Source: a virus (taxonomy: Duplodnaviria > Heunggongvirae > Uroviricota > Caudoviricetes). From it: DNA of 64,000 nucleotides. Positions within the stretch are counted from its first letter, which is position 1. The number at the start of each line of letters is the position of its first letter. Below the pieces are notes generated by a model. That model was not told the origin of the DNA. It worked only from the letters and a program-made list of their open reading frames with translations, and ran no database searches. The DNA lies in the IMG/VR virus record IMGVR_UViG_3300023697_000634; one strand, written 5' to 3'. Made by a program: the position numbers and the translations under genes. Shown one piece after another: positions 36,637 to 45,207 of this stretch.

Positions 36637-37160
36637 CGCCGCTATCGGAACACCTCAAGCAACGACACTTGGACATCGATCTCCACCGTCCAGTGATAGA
36701 CGAGGTGGATAGAATTGCTACGTTCTATTTGTGGAACCTTAGTGGTGCGCTGGTGGGGTTCCAACAATATCGTCCAGAGGGCGAAAAGAAGATCAACAAT
36801 AACCCCAAAGAAGGCAAGTACTACACCTATAAGAAGCAACCTACGATTGCTGTATGGGGCGTAGAATCGCTTTACCTTTCCTCGCACGTTGTGTTTATTA
36901 CGGAAGGTGTGTTTGACGCTGCTAGGCTAACTGAACGAGGATATAGCGCGCTAGCAATGCTGACGAACAATCCAACTGCAGATTATCGTAACTGGTTGAC
37001 GTTCTTGAATAGGACTGTCGTTGCAGTATGCGACAATGATAAAGCTGGTAGGAAATTAGCAGCGTTCGGTGATGTTGTAATTTTTACCGAAGATAAAGAT
37101 CTTGGCGATAGTGATGATGAATATGTCACTAATTTGCTATTGCCATATAAACTGTACTAA
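36633..37160 (+). CDS. TOPRIM-domain protein (DnaG-core-like)
   Basis: VVFITEGVFDA (TOPRIM Glu) and VAVCDNDKAGRK (DxD). Confidence 0.5.
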   Translation: MTPLSEHLKQRHLDIDLHRPVIDEVDRIATFYLWNLSGALVGFQQYRPEGEKKINNNPKEGKYYTYKKQPTIAVWGVESLYLSSHVVFITEGVFDAARLTERGYSALAMLTNNPTADYRNWLTFLNRTVVAVCDNDKAGRKLAAFGDVVIFTEDKDLGDSDDEYVTNLLLPYKLY

Positions 37161-37174
37161 AGGATAATGTGATT

Positions 37175-37735
37175 ATGAAAACATTTATTACATCAGACAT
37201 TCACTTCGGACATAAGAACATTATGAGCTTTTGTCCAGTATCGCGTGCTCGCTTCAAGGGCGACGTGGACTATATGAACGCTCAGATCATCCAAGACTGG
37301 AATAACATGATTGGCCCAGACGACTTGGTGTACATCTTGGGTGACGTTGCATTCTGCTCATGGGAAAAGGCAGTTGGTTTCTTGCGTTCGATGAATGGTC
37401 GCAAGATTTTGATCAAGGGCAACCATGACAGCAAGCTCGTTAAGAGTCCAGAGTTCGTTGCCTGCTTCGAAAGCATTCACGACTACTTGACAATTACATA
37501 TAACGGTACTCGGGTATCGATGTTCCACTACCCGATCGCTGAGTGGGATCAGATGCACCGAGGTGCTGTCCACTTCTACGGTCACTTGCATGGTGGCACT
37601 AGCGGATTGGAAAAGTACCGAGCAATCGATGTTGGTATGGATGGCAATATGTGCTACCCACATGACATGGATGTTGCTGTGGCAATGGCATTGAAGGGCG
37701 ACATCAAAAAGCACCACGACAAATATGGGAACTAA
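37175..37735 (+). CDS. calcineurin-like metallophosphoesterase
   Basis: ITSDIHFGH, ILGDVAF, GNHD and GHLHGG metal-ligand blocks. ATG after AAGGA (the track start is a GTG). Confidence 0.7.
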   Translation: MKTFITSDIHFGHKNIMSFCPVSRARFKGDVDYMNAQIIQDWNNMIGPDDLVYILGDVAFCSWEKAVGFLRSMNGRKILIKGNHDSKLVKSPEFVACFESIHDYLTITYNGTRVSMFHYPIAEWDQMHRGAVHFYGHLHGGTSGLEKYRAIDVGMDGNMCYPHDMDVAVAMALKGDIKKHHDKYGN

Positions 37736-37736
37736 C

Positions 37737-38207
37737 ATGAGCAAATTGAAATGCATTCAATTGGTTGGCGTGCCTGGATCAGGAAAGTCAACATGGATCA
37801 AAACACAAACAATGATCGACAACTTCGTTGTTGCGTCTACTGATAACTTCGTTGAGCAGCATGCTGCTAAAGAAGGCAAGACGTATAATGAAGTGTTCAA
37901 GGACTACATGCCGATCGCTGTGAGGTTGATGGCAAACCAAGTGTTGATTGCGCAAGCGAACAACAAGAACATCATTTGGGATCAAACGTCAATGAGCGTT
38001 GCATCTCGTAAGAAGAAGTTCAACACAATTCCCAACTACGAACACATCGCTGTTGTGTTCCCCGTTCCTGGTGAGGAAGAGTTGGCACGTCGGTTGGCAA
38101 GCCGTCCAGGAAAGTTGATTCCAGATCATGTTATGAAAAGCATGATTGACAGCTTCGAGATGCCGACTCTTGAAGAAGGGTTCACTGAAGTTCACGTTTT
38201 GCTGTAA
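37737..38207 (+). CDS. P-loop polynucleotide kinase-like protein (T4 Pnk kinase-domain-like)
   Basis: IQLVGVPGSGKSTW (compare T4 Pnk GCPGSGKSTW). 156 aa. Confidence 0.6.
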   Translation: MSKLKCIQLVGVPGSGKSTWIKTQTMIDNFVVASTDNFVEQHAAKEGKTYNEVFKDYMPIAVRLMANQVLIAQANNKNIIWDQTSMSVASRKKKFNTIPNYEHIAVVFPVPGEEELARRLASRPGKLIPDHVMKSMIDSFEMPTLEEGFTEVHVLL

Positions 38208-38218
38208 GGAGTATCGAA

Positions 38219-38479
38219 ATGGTAGTATTTCCAAAAGAGTTCGTTGCGATTCGTTATCCAGGCTACTTCTGGCACACGGTCGAGAAGCGTTTGTACACAA
38301 TCAAAGTGTCTGGTGAACTCCGTCCATTGAAATTCTGCCGTGGTGGTACATTCTATGGCAAAACAATTGAGCCTGGTTATCGCGTAAGCGTTCAAGGTGT
38401 ACGTAAGAAAGTATCGATGTCCTATCTGGGCAGCATTGGCGACTCGTGGGTGCAACAAGAGATTCCATATGAAAGTTAA
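38219..38479 (+). CDS. hypothetical protein
   Basis: ORF of 86 aa. Confidence 0.3.
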   Translation: MVVFPKEFVAIRYPGYFWHTVEKRLYTIKVSGELRPLKFCRGGTFYGKTIEPGYRVSVQGVRKKVSMSYLGSIGDSWVQQEIPYES

Positions 38480-39356
38480 TTCAGAATCGTTAAAGAAGTT
38501 CGTTGAAGAAAATCCAAAGCTGGTCTCTCGTCGACCAGCCGGCGATGGCATTTACGTCCTGAAATACAAAAAGACTGTATTCTATGATGGTTTGTGGAAC
38601 GATTACTTAGAAGAGTGTCGTGGTATGATTGTGGATGAAGATTACAACATCGTGTCATACCCATTCACGAAGGTATACAACTATGGCGTAGAAGCGAAGT
38701 CGCCTGTGTTGGATGGCAGCACGAAGATCAAGGCATACCGTAAAGTTAATGGCTTTATGGTCGCTGTAACGTGGCATAAAGACGATATCCTTGTGTCAAC
38801 TACAGGATCGACGGACTCCGATTATGTAAAAATGGCTCGTGAGTTTATCGATCGTGATTTGGATCTATACCGTGCTTGGTGTAAGGAATATTCGACATAC
38901 ACATTCATGTTTGAGTGTGTCCATAAGGATGATCCGCACATCATTCCAGAAGTGGAAGGGATGTATTTGCTAGGACACCGTCCAAAGTTCTTTGGTTCGC
39001 CAATTGGTGTGTCTGACGACATGCACAAGGCATTCAACTGCCATTCGGTTGAAGCAATTGAGTGTACGTTAGATACACTACGTTCGTTGGCTAAGACGGT
39101 GAGGCACGAAGGGTTCGTATTCTATACGTTGGACGGCATGATAGGCTCTAAGATCAAGAGTCCACATTACCTAGTGTCTAAGTTTGTTGCTCGTAATCCA
39201 CGAACTGACAAATTGATGCGTCCAGATGTGAAGAAGTCGCTCGATGAGGAGTATTATCCATTAATCGATGCCATCCAAGCGAACATCGATGCATATACTG
39301 CTATGGACGAACAGACGCGACTATCGTGGGTGAGGGAGTTTCTTTCAGCTCAATGA
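38469..39356 (+). CDS. RNA ligase 1 (T4 RnlA-like)
   Basis: LEECRGMIVDEDYNIVSYPFTKVYNYGV ... AYRKVNGFMVAVTW parallels T4 Rnl1 LECRGIMFE ... KFFNLNE ... TKEDGSLVSTY. Start at MKVNSE. Confidence 0.6.
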   Translation: MKVNSESLKKFVEENPKLVSRRPAGDGIYVLKYKKTVFYDGLWNDYLEECRGMIVDEDYNIVSYPFTKVYNYGVEAKSPVLDGSTKIKAYRKVNGFMVAVTWHKDDILVSTTGSTDSDYVKMAREFIDRDLDLYRAWCKEYSTYTFMFECVHKDDPHIIPEVEGMYLLGHRPKFFGSPIGVSDDMHKAFNCHSVEAIECTLDTLRSLAKTVRHEGFVFYTLDGMIGSKIKSPHYLVSKFVARNPRTDKLMRPDVKKSLDEEYYPLIDAIQANIDAYTAMDEQTRLSWVREFLSAQ

Positions 39357-40005
39357 GGATTCTTCTAGCAAGAGCGTTTCGCGATGCTTTGCTAGGGGAG
39401 CCAAGAATCACGATGATGTGTTCGTTGGTCGTCATTGCGATACACCAACCTGCAGCATTAGTGAATCCAGTCTTTGACCCAGTAATATGGGTAAACTCCT
39501 TTAACAGAGCATAGTTGGTATTTTGAATGAGGGCCAGATGAGCCCTCTTTCCTTTGGGCTCTATAACTTGGACAGTGGGCGCTGCTGCCGCTCTTATTTC
39601 TGCATACTTGGTAGCATGTGCTATTAGGACAGCGATGTCGACTGCTGTAGAAGTGTTCATGCCGAGCCCAGATGGATCGACGAACTTTGTATCATTCATT
39701 CCAAGCTGCTTTGCTTTGAAATTCATCAGATGGATGAATTGTGGTCTGCCATAGATTGCAGCCAGCTTCTCAGCGGATTTGTTGTTGCTTTGTACGAGCA
39801 TCGTGTCGATTAAGTAGCGATCATCGATGCCAAGTTCGATTGCTATGATTGCCGTCATCAGCTTCGTGATACTAGCTAGCGGACGTTGTGATGATTCATC
39901 TTGCTTCGCTACTACCCGACTGTGCTTCATATCAAACACAAACACAGACTCCTTAGCGAACGCTGGTGCCGCAAGCAGCAATAGGATGAGTAGCAGTTTC
40001 TTCAT
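39301..40005 (-). CDS. secreted serine-type D-Ala-D-Ala carboxypeptidase, peptidase S11 catalytic domain only
   Basis: Signal peptide MKKLLLILLLLAAPAFA. SxxK (ASITKLMT), SxN (QSNNKS) and KTG (SKTGFTN) motifs, co-linear with the PBP5 N-terminal domain. The C-terminal beta-sandwich domain is absent. Confidence 0.7.
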   Translation of the reverse strand: MKKLLLILLLLAAPAFAKESVFVFDMKHSRVVAKQDESSQRPLASITKLMTAIIAIELGIDDRYLIDTMLVQSNNKSAEKLAAIYGRPQFIHLMNFKAKQLGMNDTKFVDPSGLGMNTSTAVDIAVLIAHATKYAEIRAAAAPTVQVIEPKGKRAHLALIQNTNYALLKEFTHITGSKTGFTNAAGWCIAMTTNEHIIVILGSPSKASRNALARRILIELKETPSPTIVASVRP

Positions 40006-40094
40006 ATATTAGTACCCCGTTTATGTCCTCCCACCTGGCGTAGTGGGATGTAGTAGGACGGGGTCACTCCTTTACCACTTATAACGATAACGTC

Positions 40095-40736
40095 CTAAGG
40101 TAGTGGTAATTGTTTGTTCTTTCGGTTCTTCGATTCTTTATGAGAAACAGGAACATACGCCCATGTATGTATGGGTCCAGTTTTATCCATCGAGTCATAT
40201 TCAGTTTTCGGAATGCGACTGCTGTTTCCATCGACGTCGGTCACGCTAACTGTGCCAGATGTTTGCTTAAAGTCCCAACGGGGATGCTTAGAATGCTCAG
40301 CTCTGCGCTCAGCTGTCCAATATGCTTTATTGAAGTCGCTGTGAGCTTGTTTTCTTTGCTCATCCCACACAGGAGTAGGAGGTTCGCCGCGCAGCACTTT
40401 ATTTGCAAGTATGCCGCCAGAATCTATACCTTTCCGCCCATATCGTAGAATATAATATTCTTCTCTATTATATGCTAGTCGTTCATCGTCGATATCAGAC
40501 TCAAGTTCTACAATACGCGGCTCATTCCCAGCAGCACATAAATTGCGTATCTTCAGATGCTTGTCTACATTATCAGTAGTTTCGATGGTTTCTCGTAGAT
40601 GCTTGAATTTCCGGTCACCCCTACCCTTTCCGATGTAAAATGGTAGGTCGGTATTCGGATCGATGTAAGCGTATATGTAGTACATGCCTTTATTTATAAA
40701 ACACCAATCTTCAAGGTAGGTGTGTTTATAGTGCAA
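40095..40736 (-). CDS. GIY-YIG homing endonuclease
   Basis: MYYIYAYIDPNTDLPFYIGKGRGDR. The true start may be the internal Met at 40685. Confidence 0.55.
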   Translation of the reverse strand: MHYKHTYLEDWCFINKGMYYIYAYIDPNTDLPFYIGKGRGDRKFKHLRETIETTDNVDKHLKIRNLCAAGNEPRIVELESDIDDERLAYNREEYYILRYGRKGIDSGGILANKVLRGEPPTPVWDEQRKQAHSDFNKAYWTAERRAEHSKHPRWDFKQTSGTVSVTDVDGNSSRIPKTEYDSMDKTGPIHTWAYVPVSHKESKNRKNKQLPLP

Positions 40737-42390
40737 TCTGCGACACAGTCATAATTACAGACGGAATTGCAGGACAGAAGGCAGTTGCTGCAGGAGCCGT
40801 TATGAACGCTCCAAGGTCACTGACAGCCCACATAAGCTCAAAGTAATCGTTGGTGTTCATCGATACTTGGAAGTTCCAAGATGGAACCTTATACTCTTCG
40901 TTACCTGTAATGGTGAGTCTCGATGCTGTGTTGGGAATATCAGCGCCATTCTTTCTCGCCCATATGTATATTTCCTTTTTAGATGCTGTTTGCGAGGTAA
41001 CTTGCAATGAAAACTTATAGTCGTAGAATCCAGACGCTTCTGCTACTATTCTCGTTTCATTGATGATGTGGTGTCCATTAGAGATGTCAGGAGTGCGCAT
41101 CTTCACAGCATATGGAGTGTTTATTACGGCTGCTGTCTGGCTGAGTACATCTAAGAAAGTTCCATAATACAAACGTGGATATATCGTTGGGCGAACCAGT
41201 AATATACCATCCCCACTACCTACATGGAGTACAGCAGCAATGCTTACTACTATATTTGGTGCATATGGTTTGACCTTTGTTAGTTTGCCAGCCATAGTCG
41301 GGTGGACGTAGAGCAAGTCGCCCTTTACCCACACCTCTCCAACGCTCGAGCCAGTCGTATCCATATCATGGACTTTACCGTTCCATGTAGCACGACCAGT
41401 GGTATTGTTTGGTAAATCGTTTGTCAATACGCCAACAGTATACAATCCATGCACAGTACCGTTAGCGATGTGTGGGACTACGATCGGTTCGTGTGCATTA
41501 GCTTCATATACGCCAGCAAACCTAACAACAGTACCATTAGGCATAGTATTACCGCTCTCGTTGCGGACGCGTATGTAGTGCTCCAGACCTGTTTGTAATG
41601 TGGATCCATCAGCGTGGTGAATGTCCAAACAATCCTCATCAGGATTCCAAGCAACTTGACCTGCAACAAGACTGACGTCTGGTCCTATAGTATTGTATCT
41701 TGTTGTCTTGATTGGTCCTATATCTTCGGTGAACTGTACTTTCTTAGTCGCAGCGTCATATTCCAATACCCAGTTATCATTTGTGGTATTCATTGTGCCA
41801 CGATTAACATCATCGAGATAGCGGAATAGTACCTCACCGCCGCCAGGGCCAGCCATGCTGATCTTGCTTACCCAGCCTTCAAGCAACTTTAACTTGTTTT
41901 GGATTGCCTGGATGTCTCTTCCTGTAGCAGCGGGTTCTGGTTGTATGAACATCGAAGGTGCAGTTGTGTCTGTCAGTCTCTTTGCTGCCGCTGCTGCTAG
42001 CGTTGAGGTTTCTGGTGGAGCTAGTATAGCTGACTTCTCGACCAACTCATCGAACTGTTGATCCTCAACCACTTCTTCAGTTATAGTCACTTGTCGATCA
42101 TCGGATTCCGGCTTTATGGATTCAATATGTTCTAGGACATTAGTGAAGCGGTCGAGCAGTGCCTGCTCTTCTTCTGTTTTCTTCTTGTCTTCTGCGACGA
42201 GCTTATTGATGTCCTTAGCGAGGTCTGTGAACAGCGATTTGAACGCATTCTTACGTTCTTCTTGCATTGCAAGCTGTCTATCCTCTTTCAGCTGCTCTGC
42301 AGCGATTTGGTCATAGATTGACTGCTCAGTTTGTACACCGAGCTTTTCATTCATCTTGACTATTAATCGTAATTCTTTTAGCTTATTCAT
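40726..42390 (-). CDS. large coiled-coil plus beta-rich protein (structural or fibre-like candidate)
   Basis: 554 aa. N-terminal 170 aa are charged coiled coil, and the remainder is Gly/Thr/Asn-rich with beta-strand character. Shares a divergent promoter region with 42466. Confidence 0.45.
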   Translation of the reverse strand: MNKLKELRLIVKMNEKLGVQTEQSIYDQIAAEQLKEDRQLAMQEERKNAFKSLFTDLAKDINKLVAEDKKKTEEEQALLDRFTNVLEHIESIKPESDDRQVTITEEVVEDQQFDELVEKSAILAPPETSTLAAAAAKRLTDTTAPSMFIQPEPAATGRDIQAIQNKLKLLEGWVSKISMAGPGGGEVLFRYLDDVNRGTMNTTNDNWVLEYDAATKKVQFTEDIGPIKTTRYNTIGPDVSLVAGQVAWNPDEDCLDIHHADGSTLQTGLEHYIRVRNESGNTMPNGTVVRFAGVYEANAHEPIVVPHIANGTVHGLYTVGVLTNDLPNNTTGRATWNGKVHDMDTTGSSVGEVWVKGDLLYVHPTMAGKLTKVKPYAPNIVVSIAAVLHVGSGDGILLVRPTIYPRLYYGTFLDVLSQTAAVINTPYAVKMRTPDISNGHHIINETRIVAEASGFYDYKFSLQVTSQTASKKEIYIWARKNGADIPNTASRLTITGNEEYKVPSWNFQVSMNTNDYFELMWAVSDLGAFITAPAATAFCPAIPSVIMTVSQIAL

Positions 42391-42465
42391 AGCAATTATT
42401 TATCTGTTGCCAAACACACTGGTCTACGATACAATTATTCCCATCACTAAATCAAGGAGTTTTCA

Positions 42466-42840
42466 ATGTTTTTTTTCAATTGCCGCGCAGAGCTTGATCA
42501 AGCGTTGTACGAAAACAAATGTCTTAAAGAGAAGGTCGAGCGCCTCGAGAACCGAATCATCCAGATCAATAAAGATCTCGCTGATGCTGAGAAGGCTGAT
42601 GTCGCCTCATCGACGTTCACGATCGATTTCAACAAGATGGATGTGTTCTCAATCGAACGCCACATCAAGGGCGACAAAGCTGTGACTATCGTTGGTCACT
42701 TCTTACAAGAGCCTGTCAAAGTAAACAACGACGTCTTCACGTTGAATAAAATCACACGCGAATGGAATTTGTCGTGCAGCCAAGAACAGCACGAGCGCTT
42801 GGTCAAAGACTTCGCTGAATTCAAGAAGAAGCAAAAATGA
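42466..42840 (+). CDS. coiled-coil hypothetical protein
   Basis: RBS AAGGAG. Heptad-rich. Confidence 0.35.
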   Translation: MFFFNCRAELDQALYENKCLKEKVERLENRIIQINKDLADAEKADVASSTFTIDFNKMDVFSIERHIKGDKAVTIVGHFLQEPVKVNNDVFTLNKITREWNLSCSQEQHERLVKDFAEFKKKQK

Positions 42841-43013
42841 TTAGAATGATCCTGACCTTCGTGGTCCTGTTTGGTTGTTTCTTCTTCGGAATCAACGCAG
42901 TACGCCACATGAGTGGCAAAGACCAACTTGAGTTGGCAAAGCTGATTGCATACAGTACAATGTGCTCTGTGCTTACGGTAATGGTCCTTATCGGATTCGT
43001 TATCTTGTTTTAA
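42837..43013 (+). CDS. small two-TM membrane protein (58 aa)
   Basis: MIRMILTFVVLFGCFFFGI ... VLTVMVLIGFVILF. Confidence 0.3.
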   Translation: MIRMILTFVVLFGCFFFGINAVRHMSGKDQLELAKLIAYSTMCSVLTVMVLIGFVILF

Positions 43014-43032
43014 CAACCTTAAAAGGTACTTT

Positions 43033-43218
43033 ATGAAAATCTTGGCTCTGATTCTCGCTGCAGCAGCATTGACTGCTTGTGGTAAGATTGATCGCACGAT
43101 CGCTAGCTTTACTGGCGATGCATCGAAGACGTGCGTTGACGGTGTTACGTATCTCCAGTTCACATCTGGTGCTGCTCCTCAATACACAATTGACGGCAAA
43201 CTTGTTTCTTGCAAATGA
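43033..43218 (+). CDS. small lipoprotein
   Basis: LILAAAALTACG lipobox. Confidence 0.4.
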   Translation: MKILALILAAAALTACGKIDRTIASFTGDASKTCVDGVTYLQFTSGAAPQYTIDGKLVSCK

Positions 43219-43229
43219 AAGGCAATCAA

Positions 43230-44021
43230 ATGAAACGACTGTTTATCTTGGCTACGATTTTGTTCGGGGTCTTCCTGACAGGTTGTACTCGAATTGAATC
43301 TGGTACTGTCGGCTTGCGAGTCGATATGTCACGACAAATCCAAGGGGTTGAATTGCAACCTGGTTCTTGGAATCAAACTCTGATCGGTAGCGTGCTTGAA
43401 TTCCAAGTTCGTTCGATCCCTACTGGTTGGGAAAATCTGCGACCACAAACTGCTGATAACTCAACTCTGAAAGACTTCGATATCAATATCATCTATGAAG
43501 TCAATCCAGCTTCAGTGTCTGAATTGTGGACAAATCAATCACGTTCATTCCACACATACGAACATGGTGACTGGATGCTGATGCGCAACTATATGTCTCA
43601 AGCATTGAACTCTGCTACTGCAAAAGCAGTACGTAAGTACAAAGCGCTGGAAGTTGCTGACCGTCGCAGCGATATCGAAAAAGATGTCCACGATATCTTG
43701 ATGGATATGCTGAAAGAAGAAAAGCTCGAAAAGGCTTTGACTGTCAGCCAAGTCCGTGTGACGAATGCTACACCAGCAGACGACATCGTCGCATCCGCTA
43801 ACGCTGCAGTTCGTGCTCAGAACGATCTGCGAACAAAGCAAATTGAAGTTGATATTGCGAAGCAAGAAGCTATCCGTATCCAAACTTTGAACAGCAACTC
43901 ACAAGCTATTCCATACATGAACGCAATGGCTCAGATGGAAATCGCTAAAGCTATTCGCGAAGGTAAGGTTAACACAGTCGTCATCCCTCAAGACTTCAAA
44001 GGTCTTGTGAACGTCAAGTAA
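43230..44021 (+). CDS. SPFH/band-7 (prohibitin-like) lipoprotein
   Basis: Lipobox LTGCT. ESGTVGLRVDMSRQIQGVELQPGSW resembles the SPFH core. C-terminal coiled coil. Confidence 0.55.
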   Translation: MKRLFILATILFGVFLTGCTRIESGTVGLRVDMSRQIQGVELQPGSWNQTLIGSVLEFQVRSIPTGWENLRPQTADNSTLKDFDINIIYEVNPASVSELWTNQSRSFHTYEHGDWMLMRNYMSQALNSATAKAVRKYKALEVADRRSDIEKDVHDILMDMLKEEKLEKALTVSQVRVTNATPADDIVASANAAVRAQNDLRTKQIEVDIAKQEAIRIQTLNSNSQAIPYMNAMAQMEIAKAIREGKVNTVVIPQDFKGLVNVK

Positions 44022-44038
44022 ACAACAACGAGGTCGAT

Positions 44039-44773
44039 ATGAATCAAAATGTATTCCGTGCGGTATTTGGTCTGGGGGCAGTTGCAATTCTTGCAATCCT
44101 TGCTCCAATCATCTGGGCCGCGGCAAGCGCTGGCGTTGGACTGATTGCACTCGGTGTTATCGGCCTCGTTGGTATGGGCTTCATCCAAGCAATCCCATTG
44201 TTTGGACAGAAGATCGAAAACCGAATCCTTAAAGCTCGCAAGGCTGAGGCTCGTGAGAATCCAATCGAACAGTTGCAAAACTTCTTGCGCCAAAAGGCTC
44301 AACAAGTTGCAGACTTCAAGACTGCAGTGACGTCGATTAACGCTCAGATCAAATCGTTGCAAGACATGGTTGCGCAACGTAAGAAGGAACGTCCTAGTTA
44401 TGATGCATCTGCGCAAGAGAAGTCAATCCAAGCGATGATCGAAGCGTACAATGCATTGAAACAAAAGTACATCAACGCCGAAAACGCTCTTGCTGAATTG
44501 AAAATTGCAATTCAAGACAAGGAATTTGAATGGAAGTTTAGCCAAGCTGGCCAAGCAGCAATGCAAAGCCTGAGTGCTTCGTCTGGTAAGGACTTGATGG
44601 AAGCGATGTTGGCTGACGAAGCATTGAGCTCTGTAACATCCAACTTCAACCAAGTGTTTGCTGAGTTGGAAATGGAAGCGCAAAATCTGACCAGCGCAAA
44701 GCAACTGAGCTTTGATTCTGGAATGACAATTGATGTCTCTGCAATTAACTTGACTACAAAGGTGCCAGCATGA
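44039..44773 (+). CDS. membrane-anchored coiled-coil protein, PspA/IM30-like candidate
   Basis: Two N-terminal TM helices, then about 180 aa of amphipathic coiled coil with a PspA-like register. Assignment is tentative. Confidence 0.35.
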   Translation: MNQNVFRAVFGLGAVAILAILAPIIWAAASAGVGLIALGVIGLVGMGFIQAIPLFGQKIENRILKARKAEARENPIEQLQNFLRQKAQQVADFKTAVTSINAQIKSLQDMVAQRKKERPSYDASAQEKSIQAMIEAYNALKQKYINAENALAELKIAIQDKEFEWKFSQAGQAAMQSLSASSGKDLMEAMLADEALSSVTSNFNQVFAELEMEAQNLTSAKQLSFDSGMTIDVSAINLTTKVPA

Positions 44774-45054
44774 AAGTATTGAAACCATTCTTGGTATTCT
44801 GGTTGATGGTTGCTCTGTCGATCGCTGCATTCGCAAAAGGTGGTGGCGGCGGTGGAGGCCACGGCGGAGGCGGTGGCCATGCAAGCAGCGGTCATGCTAG
44901 TAGCAGCCACGCGACATCTACTGCAAAGGCGGCACCTGCACCCGTGGTGGCTCCAGTCGTAGTACAACCAGCCCGTCCAACTCCGGTTGTCGTTCCACCA
45001 GCACGTGGTGGACAATCGGAAGAAGAAAAACGCAAGAAGCAACAAGCAAAGTAA
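44770..45054 (+). CDS. secreted Gly/His-rich small protein
   Basis: Signal peptide, then KGGGGGGGHGGGGGHASSGHASSSH and a Pro/Val-rich tail. Confidence 0.4.
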   Translation: MKVLKPFLVFWLMVALSIAAFAKGGGGGGGHGGGGGHASSGHASSSHATSTAKAAPAPVVAPVVVQPARPTPVVVPPARGGQSEEEKRKKQQAK

Positions 45055-45207
45055 AGGTGTAGCATGGACTTCTATAAAGTGTTAAAATATGCGCTGTCGG
45101 TAGTGTTCATCATTATCGTCGGCCTAGCGATGGTAAGCGTCGATGATGGCGCATCGCAACCAGTTTCTCAACAACCTCAAACCAAGTTCAACTTCTAAGG
45201 AACAAAC

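Noticed and set aside
44423-45045. Minus-strand ORFs of 153 and 177 aa
   Set aside because: They are antisense to the PspA-like and Gly/His-rich plus-strand genes. Their His/Arg/Cys-rich translations are typical of a reverse-complement GC-rich coding sequence.
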